Origin: Pocillopora damicornis
Taxonomy: Eukaryota
Assembly: GCF_003704095.1 (NCBI RefSeq)
Contig: NW_020846005.1
Span: forward strand, 1-64,000
DNA: 64,000 nucleotides
Direction: 5' to 3'
Shown here: positions 63,776 to 64,000 of the stretch, in pieces
How positions within the stretch are numbered: position 1 is the first letter of the stretch
Layout of the letters: every line of letters begins with the position of its first letter
Program-made: the position numbers and the translations under genes
Notes under the pieces: model-generated
Seen by the model: the letters and a program-made list of their open reading frames with translations, nothing else
What the model was told of the DNA's origin: nothing
Database searches by the model: none

Positions 63776-64000
63776 CTGGAATGAACAGGGTAGCAAAGTT
63801 AGCCTTTGAGCTTCATGAGCAACACTATGAAAGCTTGTTCTGGTTTCGGCAGCATAAAGCCACTAGAACTATTGCTGCTCCCCATGGATGGCCTGGGTGG
63901 AGAAAGGTACTGTAATAGTAAAGTGTTTTCCACAAGAACACGCACAAAAATTAACCTGGCCAAGTCTCAGATCTGGAACCCATAATTCAAAGTTTTTCAT

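Overview
Intron-rich, AT-rich animal genomic DNA. The repeat families and gene style suggest a scleractinian coral, but that is inference. Six protein-coding genes could be built by hand from GT-AG exons with consistent phases. (1) A giant secreted Ser-rich mucin-like gene (- strand) whose repeat exon is a tandem array of ~19-20 copies of a 699-bp/233-aa unit; each unit is a higher-order repeat of five ~46-aa monomers, and the array is split by N-gaps into alternately oriented contigs. (2) A 14-exon OXSM/FabF-type ketoacyl-ACP synthase (-). (3) A 3-exon divergent K50 homeobox gene (+). (4) A 5-exon, ~815-aa secreted protein (-) that the ORF track shows only in fragments: signal peptide, a ~99-aa tract with 56 His between dibasic sites, then a long Cys-free acidic region with Ser-Gly motifs. 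(5) A 10-exon LIV-1-family ZIP (SLC39) zinc transporter (+), transcribed head-to-head with gene 4, with a triplicated Cys-led ectodomain and a furin-type site. (6) The 3' three exons of ESCRT-II SNF8 (-). Non-autonomous DNA transposons (TTAA MITEs, Tourist-like, Merlin-like, long-TIR foldback), tRNA-derived repeats and a tRNA-Gly pseudogene are also present. The best candidate for an undescribed system is the His-rich secreted protein plus ZIP transporter pair, a possible extracellular metal capture and uptake module. The coding higher-order repeat is second.
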